The notes below the pieces were generated by a model. That model saw only the letters and a list, made by a program, of their open reading frames with translations, had not been told where the DNA came from and ran no database searches. Shown here one piece after another: positions 31,510 to 45,096 of a stretch of DNA of 64,000 nt (position 1 is the first letter of the stretch; every line of letters begins with the position of its first letter). The position numbers and the translations under genes are program-made. The stretch lies in assembly GCF_035594765.1 (NCBI RefSeq), contig NC_085842.1, positions 78,344,782 through 78,408,781 on the forward strand. Direction: 5' to 3'. This stretch comes from Anolis carolinensis (lineage: Eukaryota).

Positions 31510-31526
31510 ACTTAGATGCAGCTTAT

Positions 31527-31647
31527 GGGCCCTTCCAGACAGGCCCTATATCCTAGGATCTGATCCTAGGTTTTCTGCTTTAAACTGGATCATATGAGTC
31601 CCCACTGGGATCAGATCCTAGGATATAGAGCCTGTCTGGAATGGCCC
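31527..31647. mobile_element. Palindromic MITE (PIF/Harbinger-like)
   Basis: Long TIR GGGCCCTTCCAGACAGGC.CTATATCCTAGGATCTGATCC; superfamily assignment is tentative. Confidence 0.6.
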
Positions 31648-32369
31648 TACGTTTCCCCTTGACTGTTCAGCAATATCCCTAATCTTTTTGACTATTAGCT
31701 CCTCTCGTCCATTTGTCCCATTGTGCTTTTAGGTTCTCATCCATCTTCACTTTTCTACAGAATGAATTAAAGTTCACAAAATGTGTAACTGCTTTGTCTT
31801 TATACAAGGCACAAGTTTTGTTATTAGCTTTATTTGGCATCAGTATTGGACGAGGATTATTTCTGATTATTTATTGATCACCTTATGCGGCACCACACTC
31901 CTAAATAAATAAACTCAGAGAAAAAACTGACCAACGAGAATAACTGTTTTGTTCTTTTACGTGCAGGGCTCCATGCACAGATGTACAGGGATGGTGCTAG
32001 ACAACTAGATGAGATGGAGATTATTATAGTAATTTACTCTCCCAGGGAAGCGTGTCTAGGATGACAGCAGGCGCTCTTGAGCATAAATATGCATGATACC
32101 AAACCAATGTGACACTTCCCCCCCCCCCCCCCCCGCCGCCGCCGCCTTTCTCAGTGAAAATGACAAACAGGAGTGCAAGTGAACAGACATCTCCTATTAA
32201 AACCTAATTCTTGAGGCAGATAAAAACAACAACTAGCCCTAAAAAAGAATACGCAGTGGACACATTGAGCGGAATTAATTCCAGCTCGCTGTAAATCCCA
32301 ATTGCGGTTGACATCAATTTCCCCGCAAAACCATCGCAGTCTGGGAGCGGGAAACATCAAAGCAGTAAA

Positions 32370-32860
32370 CAGAGAAGCCATTGCAATCCACAAGCGTGTG
32401 GACACTTAAAACAGAAAGGAGGAAACCATGAAAATGAACAAAATCTGGCTACTGGTATTTAAAAACTCTAAAATCAGGACAGTGAATAAAGAACAACACT
32501 CAGAAAACGGGAATTCCAGACAAGAAACAATCAGAGCCAGTTAGCAACTCCCTACAAAGGTTTCTCTCAAGTAGGAATCAGCCAGGCCTTGAAGCTGCAA
32601 GGCTTTTCAGTGCTAATTAAGGTGATCAACTGCAACATTCACACTTGCCTCAGGCAAACAAGTGTTCTTTCTACGTCCCACCCTGGACCTTCCACGGATA
32701 TATTAACCTCCCTTGCCTAGTTTCCAATATACCTCACAACTTCTGATGATGCCTGCCATAAATGTGGGCAAAACGTCAGGAGATAATGCTTCTGGAACAT
32801 GGCCATACAGTCCAGAAAACTCTCAACCTAGTAATTCCGGCCATGAAAACTTCGACAACA
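32370..32860 (+). mobile_element. Penelope-like element 3' fragment
   Basis: REAI.IHK.V...NRKEETMKMNKIWL GIY-YIG-end remnant, then a terminal repeat ending GGCCATGAAAACTTCGACAACA. Confidence 0.78.
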
Positions 32861-33249
32861 AATATTTAAACATTTCTACGGAGACATAGCGGCAGCGAGA
32901 TGTCGCGGTTTGAGTGTTGGTCTCAGAGACTGCGAAACGGGGGTTTAAATCCATGGAAACTCACCGGGTGACCTTGGGGGAAAAGAGAAGCGAAAGCCAC
33001 CCTCCCCTCTGAGCAAAGGCTGCCAAGAAAACCCCACGACACATTCCCCTCTGTATCCGAAACGGTTTGACGGCACACAACAATAACAAACCCATACACA
33101 CGAAAGGGTTTTCGGGAATGGTAGTTCTTGCTCCTGGGGAGAGGCAGAACCTGTTCGCAACAAGACTACAAGTTCCAAGAGGCAACGGGGGCATGGGATT
33201 TAAGAGACAGCGCTTTCCTTCTCCCCCTCCTCCCCTTTTTTGTGGACAT

Positions 33250-33416
33250 GGCAGGGATTGGCTGGCTGGGCTCGCCTCGCGCGGTCATTGGTCGAGCGCG
33301 CACGAGCTCCTCTGGCGGCTAGCTAGACACGTCTTCGGCAGCTGAGGGGAGCGCGAGGTGGTTCTCCTGACGGGGGCTCCGAGGGCATGGGCTGAGAGGA
33401 GCCGCAGAAGGAGGCC
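33250..33416 (+). promoter_or_regulatory. NT5DC2 CpG-island promoter and 5'UTR
   Basis: CpG-dense; inverted CCAAT boxes near 33258 and 33286; immediately upstream of the ATG at 33417. Confidence 0.65.
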
Positions 33417-33759
33417 ATGGCGGCCGTCGGGCTCAAGGCTGCGAGGGGCGGCGGCGGCGGCGGCATGTGGTGGAAGAAGGGCGGTGGGTCTGGCAGCCTC
33501 CAGCTGGTGGCCTCCTCCTCCTCCTGCCCGGGCTCCGGCAGCAGAGGCAGCGGGGGTCAGGCCAAGGCCAAGGCTCACCAGCAACCCCCGCTTTCCCCGC
33601 CCTCCGTCAGCGGCGGCAGGGCCAAGCGGGCGGCCGAGCCCAGCCGAGGAGCAGCCTCTCCGCCTTTGGGAAACCAGCCCCAGCCCGGCCCCATCGAGGG
33701 AGTCGACACCAAGGGCTACCTCTGGGCTAGGTACCACGAGATGAAGAAGCTGGTTCACG
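33417..33759 (+). CDS. NT5DC2: NT5DC2 exon 1 (Gly/Ser-rich N-terminus...YLWARYHEMKKLVH)
   Basis: GCCATGG start; LWARY.EMK.LVH motif; GT at 33760. Confidence 0.88.
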
Positions 33760-33957
33760 GTAATGAACATCATAGTAGTAGTGGTGGTGGTGGTGGTAAT
33801 AGAGAGGAAGGAAAGAAAAGACCCTGTTTCTTTCAGGGCCCTTTCCGTTGTGGCCTCTCGCCGTGCAGCCCATCCCAGTTGTGGTTAATTCCAGGGCTTT
33901 TAGTACAGAATTTTTAAATCAGTCACAAAGGCGTCCAATGTATGAACAACTCTTTTG

Positions 33958-34725
33958 GGTTGTCGAAGGCTTTCATGAACGGAATCACTGGGTTGCTGTG
34001 AGTTTTCCGGGCTGTATGGCCACGTTCCAGAAGCATTCTCTCCTGACGTTTTGCCAGACATCCTCGGAGGTTGTGAGGTCTGTTGGAAACCAGGCAAGTG
34101 GGTTTTATATATCTGTGGAATGTCCAGGCTGCGAAGGGAAAAAAACTTTTGTCTGCCTGAGGCAAATGTGAATGTTGAAATTGGCCACCATGATTAGCAT
34201 TGAATAGCCTTGCAGTTTCAAAGCCAGGCTGCTTCCTGCCTGGGGGAATCCTTTGTTGGAGGTATTACCTGGCCCTGATTGTTTCATGTCTGGAATTTCC
34301 TGTTTTCAGAGTGTTGTTCTTTATTTACTGTCCTGATTTTAGAGTTTTTAAAATACTGGGAGTCAGATTTTGTTCATTTTCCTCCTTTCTGTTGAAATTA
34401 CCCACATGTTTGTGGATGTCAATGGCTTCTCTGTGTAGTCTGACATAGTAGTTGTTAGAGTGGTTGTTTGACCACTCTTAACAACCACTATGTCAGATTA
34501 CACAGAGAAGCCATTGAAATCAAAACCAACACCTCCCAACAAAGGACTCCCCCAGTCAGGAATCAGCCAGGCCTTGAAGCTACAAGGCTTTTCAATGCTA
34601 ATTAAGTTGATTAATTGCAACATTCACTCTTGCCTCCAACAGACAAGAGTTCTTTCTCCCATCCTGGACCTTCCACAGATATATAAACTTCAGTTGCCTA
34701 GTTTCCATCAGACCTCATAACCTCT
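33958..34725 (-). mobile_element. Penelope-like element fragment with inverted partial duplication
   Basis: 33958-34465 is reverse-complementary to the 32370-32860 family; 34470-34725 is a plus-strand inverted copy. Confidence 0.78.
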
Positions 34726-36089
34726 TGCAAATTTAAGTAACTTTTAAGTACGGTATGTTTTTGTTTTATGTGTGATTTCTTCTTGTTGTATATACCAGCG
34801 TTGTATGCCAATTTTCTTGTAGTATGACAATAAAAGCTATGTGCGTGTGCCATGTGGCTTTCTATATGTCCTGTATATAATGTCATGGTATTGTAATTTA
34901 AAAGCAAATGACTTACTCAGTATTGAAACTCCTTAGTGACTTTTAGCCCACCCTGCATAAAGTCTTTGATGATTTGTTCAGTATGTCACTATTTAACTGT
35001 ACTTCATAAGCAACTGAACCAACAGACCCTAAAAATATAACCCAAGGAACAATTTTGTATTTCTTTAAAATCAATTAAAATAGTTACATCCTACTCTACA
35101 TCAAAGGGTCTCTGCACTTTATAATCAAATCAAATATAGAAGTAAATAATAGGTTTTTATATAAAGCCTTTGGCATTTGATGGTTTTATTTGGTTTGTTC
35201 ATCACATTCCAAGTGTACTTAATTGTAAGTCTGTGTCTTTTAATATATTTATTTATTTATTTATTTTTCAAACTTATATGCCGCCACTCCCCTAGGGCTC
35301 GGAGCGCCTTACAAGAACCGGCTAAAATCAACAATTTAAAAAAATCTTTAAAAAATACCTTTAAAAAACATCTTAAAAAACATCCTAAAAGCACCTTTTA
35401 AAACATCAACAACAGAACTCAAAAGCCTATGTATTTCATTGGTTTTTCATTTTAATTTGTGTATTTCAACTTGCATAGGTTGTACCCTGCCTTGAGAAGG
35501 GATTGGTAATAAATAAAAATATGCTACTGTTGTTATTCTTATTGTTGTTGTTATTACTTGGTAAATGACTCAAGCAACAGACTCCCCAAAATACTCCCCT
35601 GTGAGCAAGATACTTACATCATACACTACATCAAAAGGTATCTTCAGAGTACAATAAAATCAAATTAAAGGTAAGATTAAAACATGGCTTTTATATAAAG
35701 CCTTTGGGGTGTGATGGTTTTATTCAGTTTGTACTTACTCATGGATTCAAATAGTTTTAACTTGGTTTTGTTGTTTAAAATAAATGGTTTAAAATGGTTA
35801 TGGTGATTCATGTGTTTTAAATCAATCAGCACAATTTTAAACAGTAAAAGATAGTTCAGATTTTTTAAATTGTTTGATTGTATTATACTGTACACTGCAG
35901 ATATCTTTTGATGTAGATTGGGATATAAATATTTTAATTAATTTAAACAATTGCCTTTTGGAGTATATTTTGGAGGATTTGTTGTTTGAGTTGCTAACCA
36001 AGTACAGTTGTATGATAATGAACTGAAAATACATTCTGCACCAACTCAATTGCTAATCTGTTTCAAATCATGGGTGTAATTTACACAGT

Positions 36090-37268
36090 ACAAGTAGTCC
36101 CCAATACGAACAACATAGGTTCTATAGATTTGTTCATAAGTTGTATTTGTATATAAATCGTAACAAGGTTCATTTTTAAAATGTAACTCTGGCCAGATAT
36201 AGATATCTACAGGGAAGGCCTAACACCCCTGTAACTTTTCTTTTGCTGTCTGTGCCCCTGTTCAGAAGATTTCATCTCACTTTCTGTGATAATTAGATAC
36301 TGAAAAAATTGGTTTGTTATGGAAAAAAAGATTGGAGAGAAAGCTTCAGTAGAGAGAAAGGCTCAATGGAGCTGATGACATTTTCTTTTCCTTTTTCATA
36401 TAACTCAGAACAAGATGTGGATTTATTGAATTAGATGTCCAGAGTTAGTGTAGAGTTGGCAGAGTTCAAAATAAGTTGAAAGTCAATTAGACCGCTAGCT
36501 AGTGTTGCTTAAGGCTTCTTGCTTTTTGGTCTTTCAAGTTTAAATGCTGCTTGTAGTACTGTAGTTTGAAGAGCTAGTTGTCATCAGAAAATAACATATT
36601 TCTTTGTCTGGGTATGGTCTTGCTTTGCTTTAGAAGTTTTTAGTATCTTGCACAATTCTGGTCTCATATCTTTATAACTGCTATACACTTGATCTCCCAT
36701 CTGCTACTTAGAAGAACAGAAAAGGCCACACAACATAGTAGAGATAGTGGAGATGGTAAAGTGATAATAAAGGACTAAAAAGATTATTTGCGTTATACCA
36801 GTATTTGTTTTTCCAAAATAAAACTTAAACTGAAGTATAAGCCTTTCCTGAGTTACAAACATCTGACTTACAAATGACTCATAGTTGAGAACAGGGATGA
36901 AACAACAGGAAGTGAGAGAAATCTACCTTTCAGAAAGGAAGGGAAATTCACTTTTGGAAGAGTTATCATTGTGAAAAGGTGTCTCCACGGAACCTTTATC
37001 ACTAATCCTTGTTTCCATAACTTACCAAATTTTTCAAAATCCAATTATCACAAGGACAGAAAAAGAGTTGAAATCCTCTGAACAGGGGCACGGATAGCAA
37101 AATAAAAGTTACAGGGGTGTTAGTCCTTCCCTGTGCTATCCAAAACTAATATATATATATGGTTGGAGTGACACTTAAAAGTGTATCTTTTAAGTGACTT
37201 ACATACAAATTCAACTTAAAAACAAACCTACAGAATCTATCTTGTTTATAGCTCAGGGACCTCCTGTA
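36090..37268. mobile_element. Two inverted copies (~36090-36355 +, ~36840-37268 -) of a Tigger/mariner-type non-autonomous DNA transposon
   Basis: Homologous to 44176-44650 (shared TGCCCCTGTTCAGAAGATTTCA and GTAAGTC.GATGTTTGTAACT segments). Confidence 0.65.
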
Positions 37269-38488
37269 TCTGCAGGCTCTTGTGTGATGACAATACATTC
37301 AAGTCTCATTGCTACTGTATACGTTCCAAAACAAAATGAAGCCAGTCAACGATCTCATTGCTACTTCAAGAAAAGTAACTATTTTTTATCCATGCTTTCA
37401 ACTCTAACATTATAAATGTCTTTAGTTAGATATGTAAAATTGTTTTATCTATGGAGCATTTTATTGTCCCTAGAGCAAAGCAGTCATACTGAGGAAGTAG
37501 CATTTGACCCATCATATCCTTTATATCTGTCACTTTTGAGTAGCAATTCACATGAATTCATTTCTTAGCTGTGGTGCTTGGAATGTTTTGCTCATTGATT
37601 TTGGGAAGCAATGAGCAAAACAGTTTGTGAAGGGGCTGAGTCAACTATTACATTCCTCATATAGCTGTATGCCTAGGGGCATTTTGGGACATTCTGCATG
37701 AAGACTTTCTTCAATGTTAACTGTAATTGGTTATCCTCTCTCCACATTGATCCTACTTACATGAACTTCCAGTCATAGTTCATGGGTGGGAAAGAACTGT
37801 ACTATTCGATTTGAATCAAGGACAGTTGGTGGCTGTCATTTGAGAGTGCTCTAAAATACGCTTATGAAATGTTTTTAAGTTTCAAGGCAAAGGTCTTCTA
37901 GTTACCTAGATTCATTGTTAAAACAGTCTTGGGAGAACTTAAAAGTCTGGATATAAGAATGTTGAAGAATCTCTGAATGAGAGACTGGAAACAGCCTCAT
38001 AATTCAGACTAGTATTACATTTAAATATAATTGTTAAGCCTGGATCCCAACCAGGCTTTCCTGAAGACCTTTTTCTCATGAACAAGGCTAAGATCAAGCA
38101 AAGGATCCTTGTGTAGAAATACAGGAAGGACTACAGGGCAAAGTGGGAATGCTTGAGACACATTACTACGTCCCATAAATTGAATCCCCTTTTCCTGCCA
38201 ACAGGAACACACCTCAAGATTGCCACCTGTGTGTTTGGGCTCACAAAATAGAAATTCAGTTATTCATTTTTGCAGTGGAAATAGAAGTATGCATATTATA
38301 TCAAAAATGAGTTTAGTTTAACTGAAAATGCCACATTCATTTCAAAAATATTATTGAATAGTGTTCCTTGGTTTCTGGTTAAAGAGGAAAGCAGATATTT
38401 CTTTCCTTTTTCTTGCAATTTAACAGTCCCAACTCCACATGGCATCTGATCAAACCCAAACAGTTGTTTTTCTGTTTGCTTTTTTCAG

Positions 38489-38673
38489 ATCTCCTTCCAC
38501 CAGGAGTCTGTAGTCTTCTCAATCCAGCAGCTATCTATGCAAATAATGAGATCAGCCTGGGAGATGTGGAGATCTATGGTTTTGATTATGATTACACGCT
38601 AGCACAATATTCAAATTTGTTGCACTCTATGATATTCAACACTGCCAGAGACATCCTGATTGAACAGTATAAG
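38489..38673 (+). CDS. NT5DC2: NT5DC2 exon 2 ([21 protein letters not shown]...[11 protein letters not shown]...EQYK), HAD motif I
   Basis: AG/GT boundaries; DYDYTL motif. Confidence 0.96.
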
Positions 38674-40318
38674 GTAACATTGTATTGTTTTTTAGTTTTC
38701 TAGTTATGAACTGATATATTTGTCTTTGCATACTAGTTAATCCATAATATATCACTGAAACACAATATTGGGTACATATTATGAGAAAAGAGTGTGTACA
38801 TTATTTATTTATTTATTTTGCATGTTGGCAGCCTACTGTTCATAAAGGTAAGATGGACATCCTCGAGATTAGAAATAGCTGCTTAGGGTCTTTTCAACTA
38901 ATTGTGATTTGCTGGTAGACTGAACTGGGACAAATTACTATTAATGTTGCTTATAGTGTAAGGAAACAAGGTAATAATTGAACATGATTTAAAATTGACT
39001 TTTTTCAATAAACTGTAGCTAACACTTAGGATCATTTTCCAGATTTTGCCATAAGAAGAAAATGTTTTGGATGTCTTTGGAACCATAGTGTGAGAATATC
39101 AGCTGGTGCACATAATGCTATATGAAAGCCTGTAAAATACCCACCCCTCCTGCTGTTGATCAGCTATAGTTTCCATCACCACATATCACTGACCATGCTG
39201 GCTTGGGGGCACAGAAACTGAAATGCAATGTGTGGAGGTCCAAACCCTGTGCTAAAGTTAGTTTAGCATTATGTACGAACTTAGCCATTGGGTCAATACT
39301 ATGAATGCAATCCTCAGACATCTGACTATATGGGTTTGGTATGGCCAGACATTTTCATTTCTTTTTTAGATTTTTCAGTTTATATTTTCTGTATGTGGAT
39401 AATTTTATTTAATACAAAAAAGCCAATTTGAATGTGTAAATAATTAAAAATTGCAGTTGATTTAGAAGGGAAAATGCAAATCTATTAATTGTTGGGAGTT
39501 GGAAAGGAAGAGTGTGTATAAGTCTGACATTTCACATCAAACTGTGGTTTAGCACTGAAGCCAAAAACAATTCTTAATATTAGTCTGCCTTTGGTTTTAA
39601 TCTAAGTAATATTCTTTCATTTATTTGAAGTTTGTCTGTTAACAGAAAATATAGAAAACAAGTTTCACTTTATGTTCCTTTGGCTAAGAATAAATAAATA
39701 AATATTTGTATTTAGTTTAGTATCTATTTGAACCGGATTAGTATTGCTTTGACTTTTTCTTCAGCCAGACTTTGACATCTAAACATTTTATACATGTTAT
39801 AATTGCTTCTTTTTATTGTATTGTAATCTATTTTGATATTTCAGTTGCTTCTGTTTTTGTTTGATTTTACCATTGTTAGCTGCCTTGAGTGCCATTTGTT
39901 GGAAGCAAGGTAGGGTATAAATTTAACTTATGTGGATTTATAGCTGTGCCTAAAAGGTCAAGCTTTAGATTTATAACTGGATAGTTTAGTCCTTGCTTGC
40001 TACATGTAGTGTTGGGAATATTTTGATTTAGTTTGGTGTATTTTTTAAAGGAAGAACTTTAGGTTTTTTCTCTAACACAAGACTCCTTCTTGTGGATGGG
40101 AAGATATAATGTGAAAATGCAGTATGTGTTCAAAGGCTCCTACTTTACAAAAGCCACGTGAAATAGAGAGCCAGAGGTCATGCAGGAAGTTTCATCACTG
40201 ACCAGTGTCCCAAACTAACTCACTATCCACTATACCCATTACCAGTCTTATCTTCTAGGATGGTTGTGTTTTTTGAAGAAATGACAAGATATTTGCTTTC
40301 TAATTGAATGTTTTGCAG

Positions 40319-40393
40319 TATCCAGAAGGATTAAGGAAGTATGAATACATTCCAGGATTTGCTATAAGAGGACTTCACTATGATGTGCACAAA
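40319..40393 (+). CDS. NT5DC2: NT5DC2 exon 3 (YPEGLRKYEYIPGFAIRGLHYDVHK)
   Basis: AG/GT boundaries; FAIRGLHYD motif. Confidence 0.94.
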
Positions 40394-42070
40394 GTAAGTT
40401 TATACAAATTATTCATGCATTCTTATACACTTTCACTGCATTGGTGGAACTGACATAACCCGTGAGTTAAGTTTGCTCACTGGAAATACATGGATATTTT
40501 CTTAGAAAATAAGGTACCTTTGGAGGATGAAATGTCATTTGATAGATCTTTGAGAATGTGACTCTTAGAAGAGAAAATAGAATGTTTGCATAGCAAAATT
40601 TTAGTAACTACATTGTCTTGTCTTGCAAGTTCAATTAAATAACAATTTAGAAAGAAAGTAATACTTAACTGTAAAGGATTGCAATAAAGAAATTGGCAGC
40701 CTGTTTATGGATTAATCTTTTCTGATGCAAGAAGCAAATTTTCTATGTACTGACTTTGAGAGGAAATTAAAAAGAGGAACTTGATTTTAAAACCCCAGAA
40801 GCAGCTTGGAAAAATAGATGTGGCACAGACTGAAGTAAAAATATGTCCCTATTTTTGGAGCATACAGATGTGTTCACAAGGATTTATGCAAATAGATGCA
40901 GTGTCATATATATTAGAAAAGATAGATAACTTCATGAAATCATAAATATACGCCTACTGTATGCTCTAAGGGTATAACTATGATGCACATGGCTGTGGGT
41001 CACTTCATATGTTACATTAAAACTCACTTTAAGGAAGTTATATTGCCTAAGAAGCTAGCCATGGTTGTGTAAACCTTCTCAATGTGGCAAAAACTGACAT
41101 GGTAAGAAGAATCCTGGCTGAGCTGGATGCAACAATAGGCCAATGCTACAGATAATTCTGGCTTATTGGTAATAAGCCTGATTCATCCCGCTAGCATGTA
41201 TTGCTTGATTAGCTACTGCTGCTTACAGGAGTTGTACCTGTTGGGAAAGACTGTTCCCTCAAAGGACCAATTCACATTGGTATCATTCTGAGAACAAGTA
41301 AAAAAAAAAGTGTTTTTCCCCCTAAAACATTTGGGTCCTAATTGTTTCACCCAAGTTTGCAATTTGTTTTTTAACTGGTTTTAACATGTGGGTTTTTTTT
41401 AATTTTATCAGATTGCTTTTAGTCTATTTAAATGTTTTTGTTAAATAGTTGTAAATTTGCCAAAGATATTTTATTGTACACTAGCCTGAGATCACATAGG
41501 CACCTTCATATATATTATATAAATAACTATATAAGAGTACAACTTGGGCAGATCACTCTCTCTCAATGTCAGAGGTATCAGATCTTGTCAAGAAAATCCC
41601 ATTATAGGTTTGCCTTAGGCTTGTCATAAGTTAGAAATGATTTGAAGATACACAACAAGTAGACAAACCAACCTGAATATCTCTTTCATTTAGTGTATTG
41701 TTTGGATGCTCTGGCTTGCTTCTGTTCTAGTCAGCCAAAGTCCTAAACCAAGAAAAATCCACAGCTTCTTACAATCTGACCTGTAAGGCTGAAGTGGAAT
41801 AGCACGCATGATAAACATGAAAATAGACTTAATTTTTAAAGCCACTTCCACTTGTAGGAGAAGTCCAGCAAGCTTAATTGGGAAGAATACAGGAACATCA
41901 TGTTTTGTTACAAAAAAAAGTTTGGAGTACTCAAGGTTCAGGGTTATTGTCTCTGAACATAACTGAAGACTTGTATATGTTACAGCACAGTGAAGGTCTT
42001 CAGCAGTATTTCTGTGACAAGTGGACCCTATCTGAAAATGCATGACAATAACAGGTGCTTAGCCCATATA

Positions 42071-42385
42071 GGTAAAGGTAAAGGTTTCCTCTGACGTTAA
42101 ATCTAGTTGTGTCCGACTCTGCGGTGTGGTCTCATCTCCATTTCTAAACCAAAGAGCCGGTGTTGTCTGTAGACATCTCCAAGGTCACGTGGCCGGCATG
42201 ACTGCATGGAGTGCCATTACCTTCCCGCCAAAGTGGTACATATTGATCTACTCACATTTGCATGTTTTTGAACTAAGTTGACAGAAGCTGGGGCTAACAG
42301 CAGGAGCTCACCCCACTCCCCAGATTCAAACCACTAAGCTTTCGGTCAGCTCAGCGGTTTAACCCGCTGTGCCATCAGGGGCTCC
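42071..42385 (-). mobile_element. Sauria SINE
   Basis: (ACCTTT)n tail, conserved body, tRNA-like head; approximate TSD TTAGCC.A.ATA. Confidence 0.85.
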
Positions 42386-42746
42386 TTAGCCTACATATGC
42401 ACATATAAAAAAATCAAGTTATCATGTTTTATCAAGTTAAGTATACGAAATCAGTGGCTTGGATATGGTGTCTTTTTGCTGTTGTAAAAATGGGCTTCTG
42501 GTCCTTTTGTGAAAGATTTTGAAAAGCAGGAAGTCCTTACTGTGGTTTCTTATTTGTTCAGGAATCTATTGGTAGAATTCTGCTGATGCACCATCTGGCA
42601 CGCATCCAGTGTGCCCTCAAAATCTGCTCTGAAAGTATTGGAGTCTAATTCTGCTAGATCTCAGCAGCTATAAAAATTAAATGCAGGTGTCATTTTAGAT
42701 TCAACCTATGAAACAATTTCACAATACAGGTCTGTTTATCCTTCAG

Positions 42747-42802
42747 AGCCTTCTGATGAAGATTGATGCTTTCCATTATGTTCAGTTGGGTACTGCATAT
42801 CA
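42747..42802 (+). CDS. NT5DC2: NT5DC2 exon 4 (SLLMKIDAFHYVQLGTAY)
   Basis: AG/GT boundaries; conserved peptide. Confidence 0.94.
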
Positions 42803-44175
42803 GTAAGTTATATACGTATTTTTAAAAAGTTTAATCAGTGGCACTGTCCTCTTTGTAAAACTCTTTTATATTTCTGTGTTTTCTTTCTGAATCCCTTGCT
42901 CTTTATAAATAAAGCTGTTTTAAAACAATGGCCAGGTGACGGAATGAAAACTAAGTTATGTTTTATGTTGTCAAAAGACTCTTTGTGTTGTCAAAAGACT
43001 CAGGATCACTTTTATGGCTGAGTTCTGATACAGTCTAAGCCACTGTAATCTGAATATGCCGGTAACATTCACCAAAGTCAGCTGCCCTCCAACTTGTGTT
43101 AATCATCTTTCGCAAATCTGCAAAAAAAAAAAAAAAACCAACAACTTGAGTTTGAAATGAGCATAAGGAGATTGACAAGTTTACGTATAGGTCCTGGAAT
43201 GCTGAAAAGAAGGAAGCTGGCATTTTAATAATAACAACAGCAGCAACAACAACTTTATTTTTATACCCCACCACCATCTCCCTCCAGGGACTCGGGGTGG
43301 CTTACACGCAGGACCAAGCGCAAAGCATACAACAAAATTTACCTGCAAAAACACAGTTAAAACATAATAAAACAATATAACATATAACAGTCTAATTAAA
43401 ACAATTAAAATCTGCAGGGTATAAAAACTTCGTAAAAGTGAATCAAACCAACAACTAGTAATCAGGAATATGGGGTGGGCCTGATCAAATTAGAGAAGGC
43501 TGGGCATGGACTTGTGTAAAAAGCAGGCTATAGGGGCAGGGCTGCGGGTAAAGTGCTGACTACAACTTTATCAGAAAATTAGGGCTGGGCATTCATAAAC
43601 AGGGACTAACCATAATTCAAATGCACACTAGAACATCCAGGTTTTCAAATCCCTGTGGAAGGCGGTCAGATAGCAATACAGAAGTACCATGCTAGTAACA
43701 GAAGTTGTTTGGAAACATATTTACTAAGAACAGAAACAATCTGCTTGAAGTTGATTAAGAACTCTTTCAAAAATTCAAGAACATTGTGTTTGCATAATGT
43801 GCTGAACAATTAAATAAAAAGTTCTACTTTGAAAGAAAATTACTGTTGATTTATCAGTTCTTTTGACATTTTCTTCCTCCTTCATCCTTTTATGTGGAAT
43901 CCTATTCATTTCCCTAGTTATCTACCATTTATTTATGCAACATCTTAAAATAGAGCACCAAGAGCACTGTTTAAAGGGGAGTTTTAATAACACCCGTATC
44001 TTACAACTTTATTCTTTTTGGAAGAACTTCCCCTTTATAGAAACCCTTTGTTGATAACCTTCAAATGCAATTTCTTTACCTCCTAATGTTGGCCATTATC
44101 AGTAACTAGTGTTTGTCAGTATTAATCGTAATGTGTAGATTTTGACCTCCCCACCCAGCTTAATAATATCCAGCA

Positions 44176-44280
44176 CAGGCAGTCCCCAAATTACGAACAA
44201 GGTAAGTTTTGTAGGTTTGTTCTTAAGTTGAATTTGTATATCAATCAGAACAAGTACATTTTCTAAGTGTAATTCCAGCC

Positions 44281-44342
<62 letters not shown>

Positions 44343-44650
44343 TTTCATATTCTTTGGCCAGCATAGGGAAGTGTTAACACCCCTGTGTTTGCTTTGCTGT
44401 CTGTGCCCCTGTTCAGAAAATTTCACCTCACTTTCTGCCCTGTGATAATTGAATTTTGAAAAAAATGGCTTGTTGTAGAAACAAGGATTGGCAAGAAAGC
44501 CTCAGTGGAGACGCCTTTTTCCCATGATAACTTTTTCAGGAGTGAATTTCCCTTCTAAAGGGGTACATTCCTCTCACTTTCTATTGCCTCACCTTGTTTT
44601 TAGCTATTACTCATTTGTAAGTCGGATGTTTGTAACTTGGGGATTGCCTG
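44176..44650 (+). mobile_element. Tigger/mariner-type non-autonomous DNA transposon containing (GATA)n at 44281-44342
   Basis: TIR CAGGCAGTCCCCAA.TTAC.AACA; 3' TA flank. Confidence 0.72.
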
Positions 44651-45096
44651 TAGTTACTTAGGTATTTAATGAGCTGACTATTTAAAGAGGCTTTTGTCAA
44701 TGAAGTGCTGCCATAATACCTGAAATTTAAACAATGAATACCATGATTTTCATGCCATTTTATAAACTCAAGTAATTATTATTCATTCAGTGTCACTCCC
44801 CACATATGCCATACTATTTTAAAAAATAATAATAATGATGACAAGCCAATAATCTTATTTTCCTTGAAGTGAACACAGCTGGTTGCCAGTTAATAAATGA
44901 AAAGTTTTAATCCCTGCTTTAATGGCTCAGAGTTCAAATAAAAGGCCATGCTGAATTAGAAACTGGTTTGGTATGAAGGTCAGATCTTTCTTGATTTTAC
45001 CCCAACTATTTAAAGTTCTGTCACTCTTTTCTCCTTATTGGCTTTCATCTCAGTTGAATATGACATTTACTGGAAGTTCTTTTAACTTGCTTTTAG

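Noticed and set aside
33285-33773. Several overlapping ORFs at the NT5DC2 CpG island
   Set aside because: Stop-poor GC-rich sequence; only the 33417 frame matches NT5DC2 and ends at a donor.
42071-42385. tRNA-like sequences here and at 63628 and 59423
   Set aside because: These are SINE heads without a complete cloverleaf; no true tRNA, rRNA or snoRNA gene could be supported in the window.
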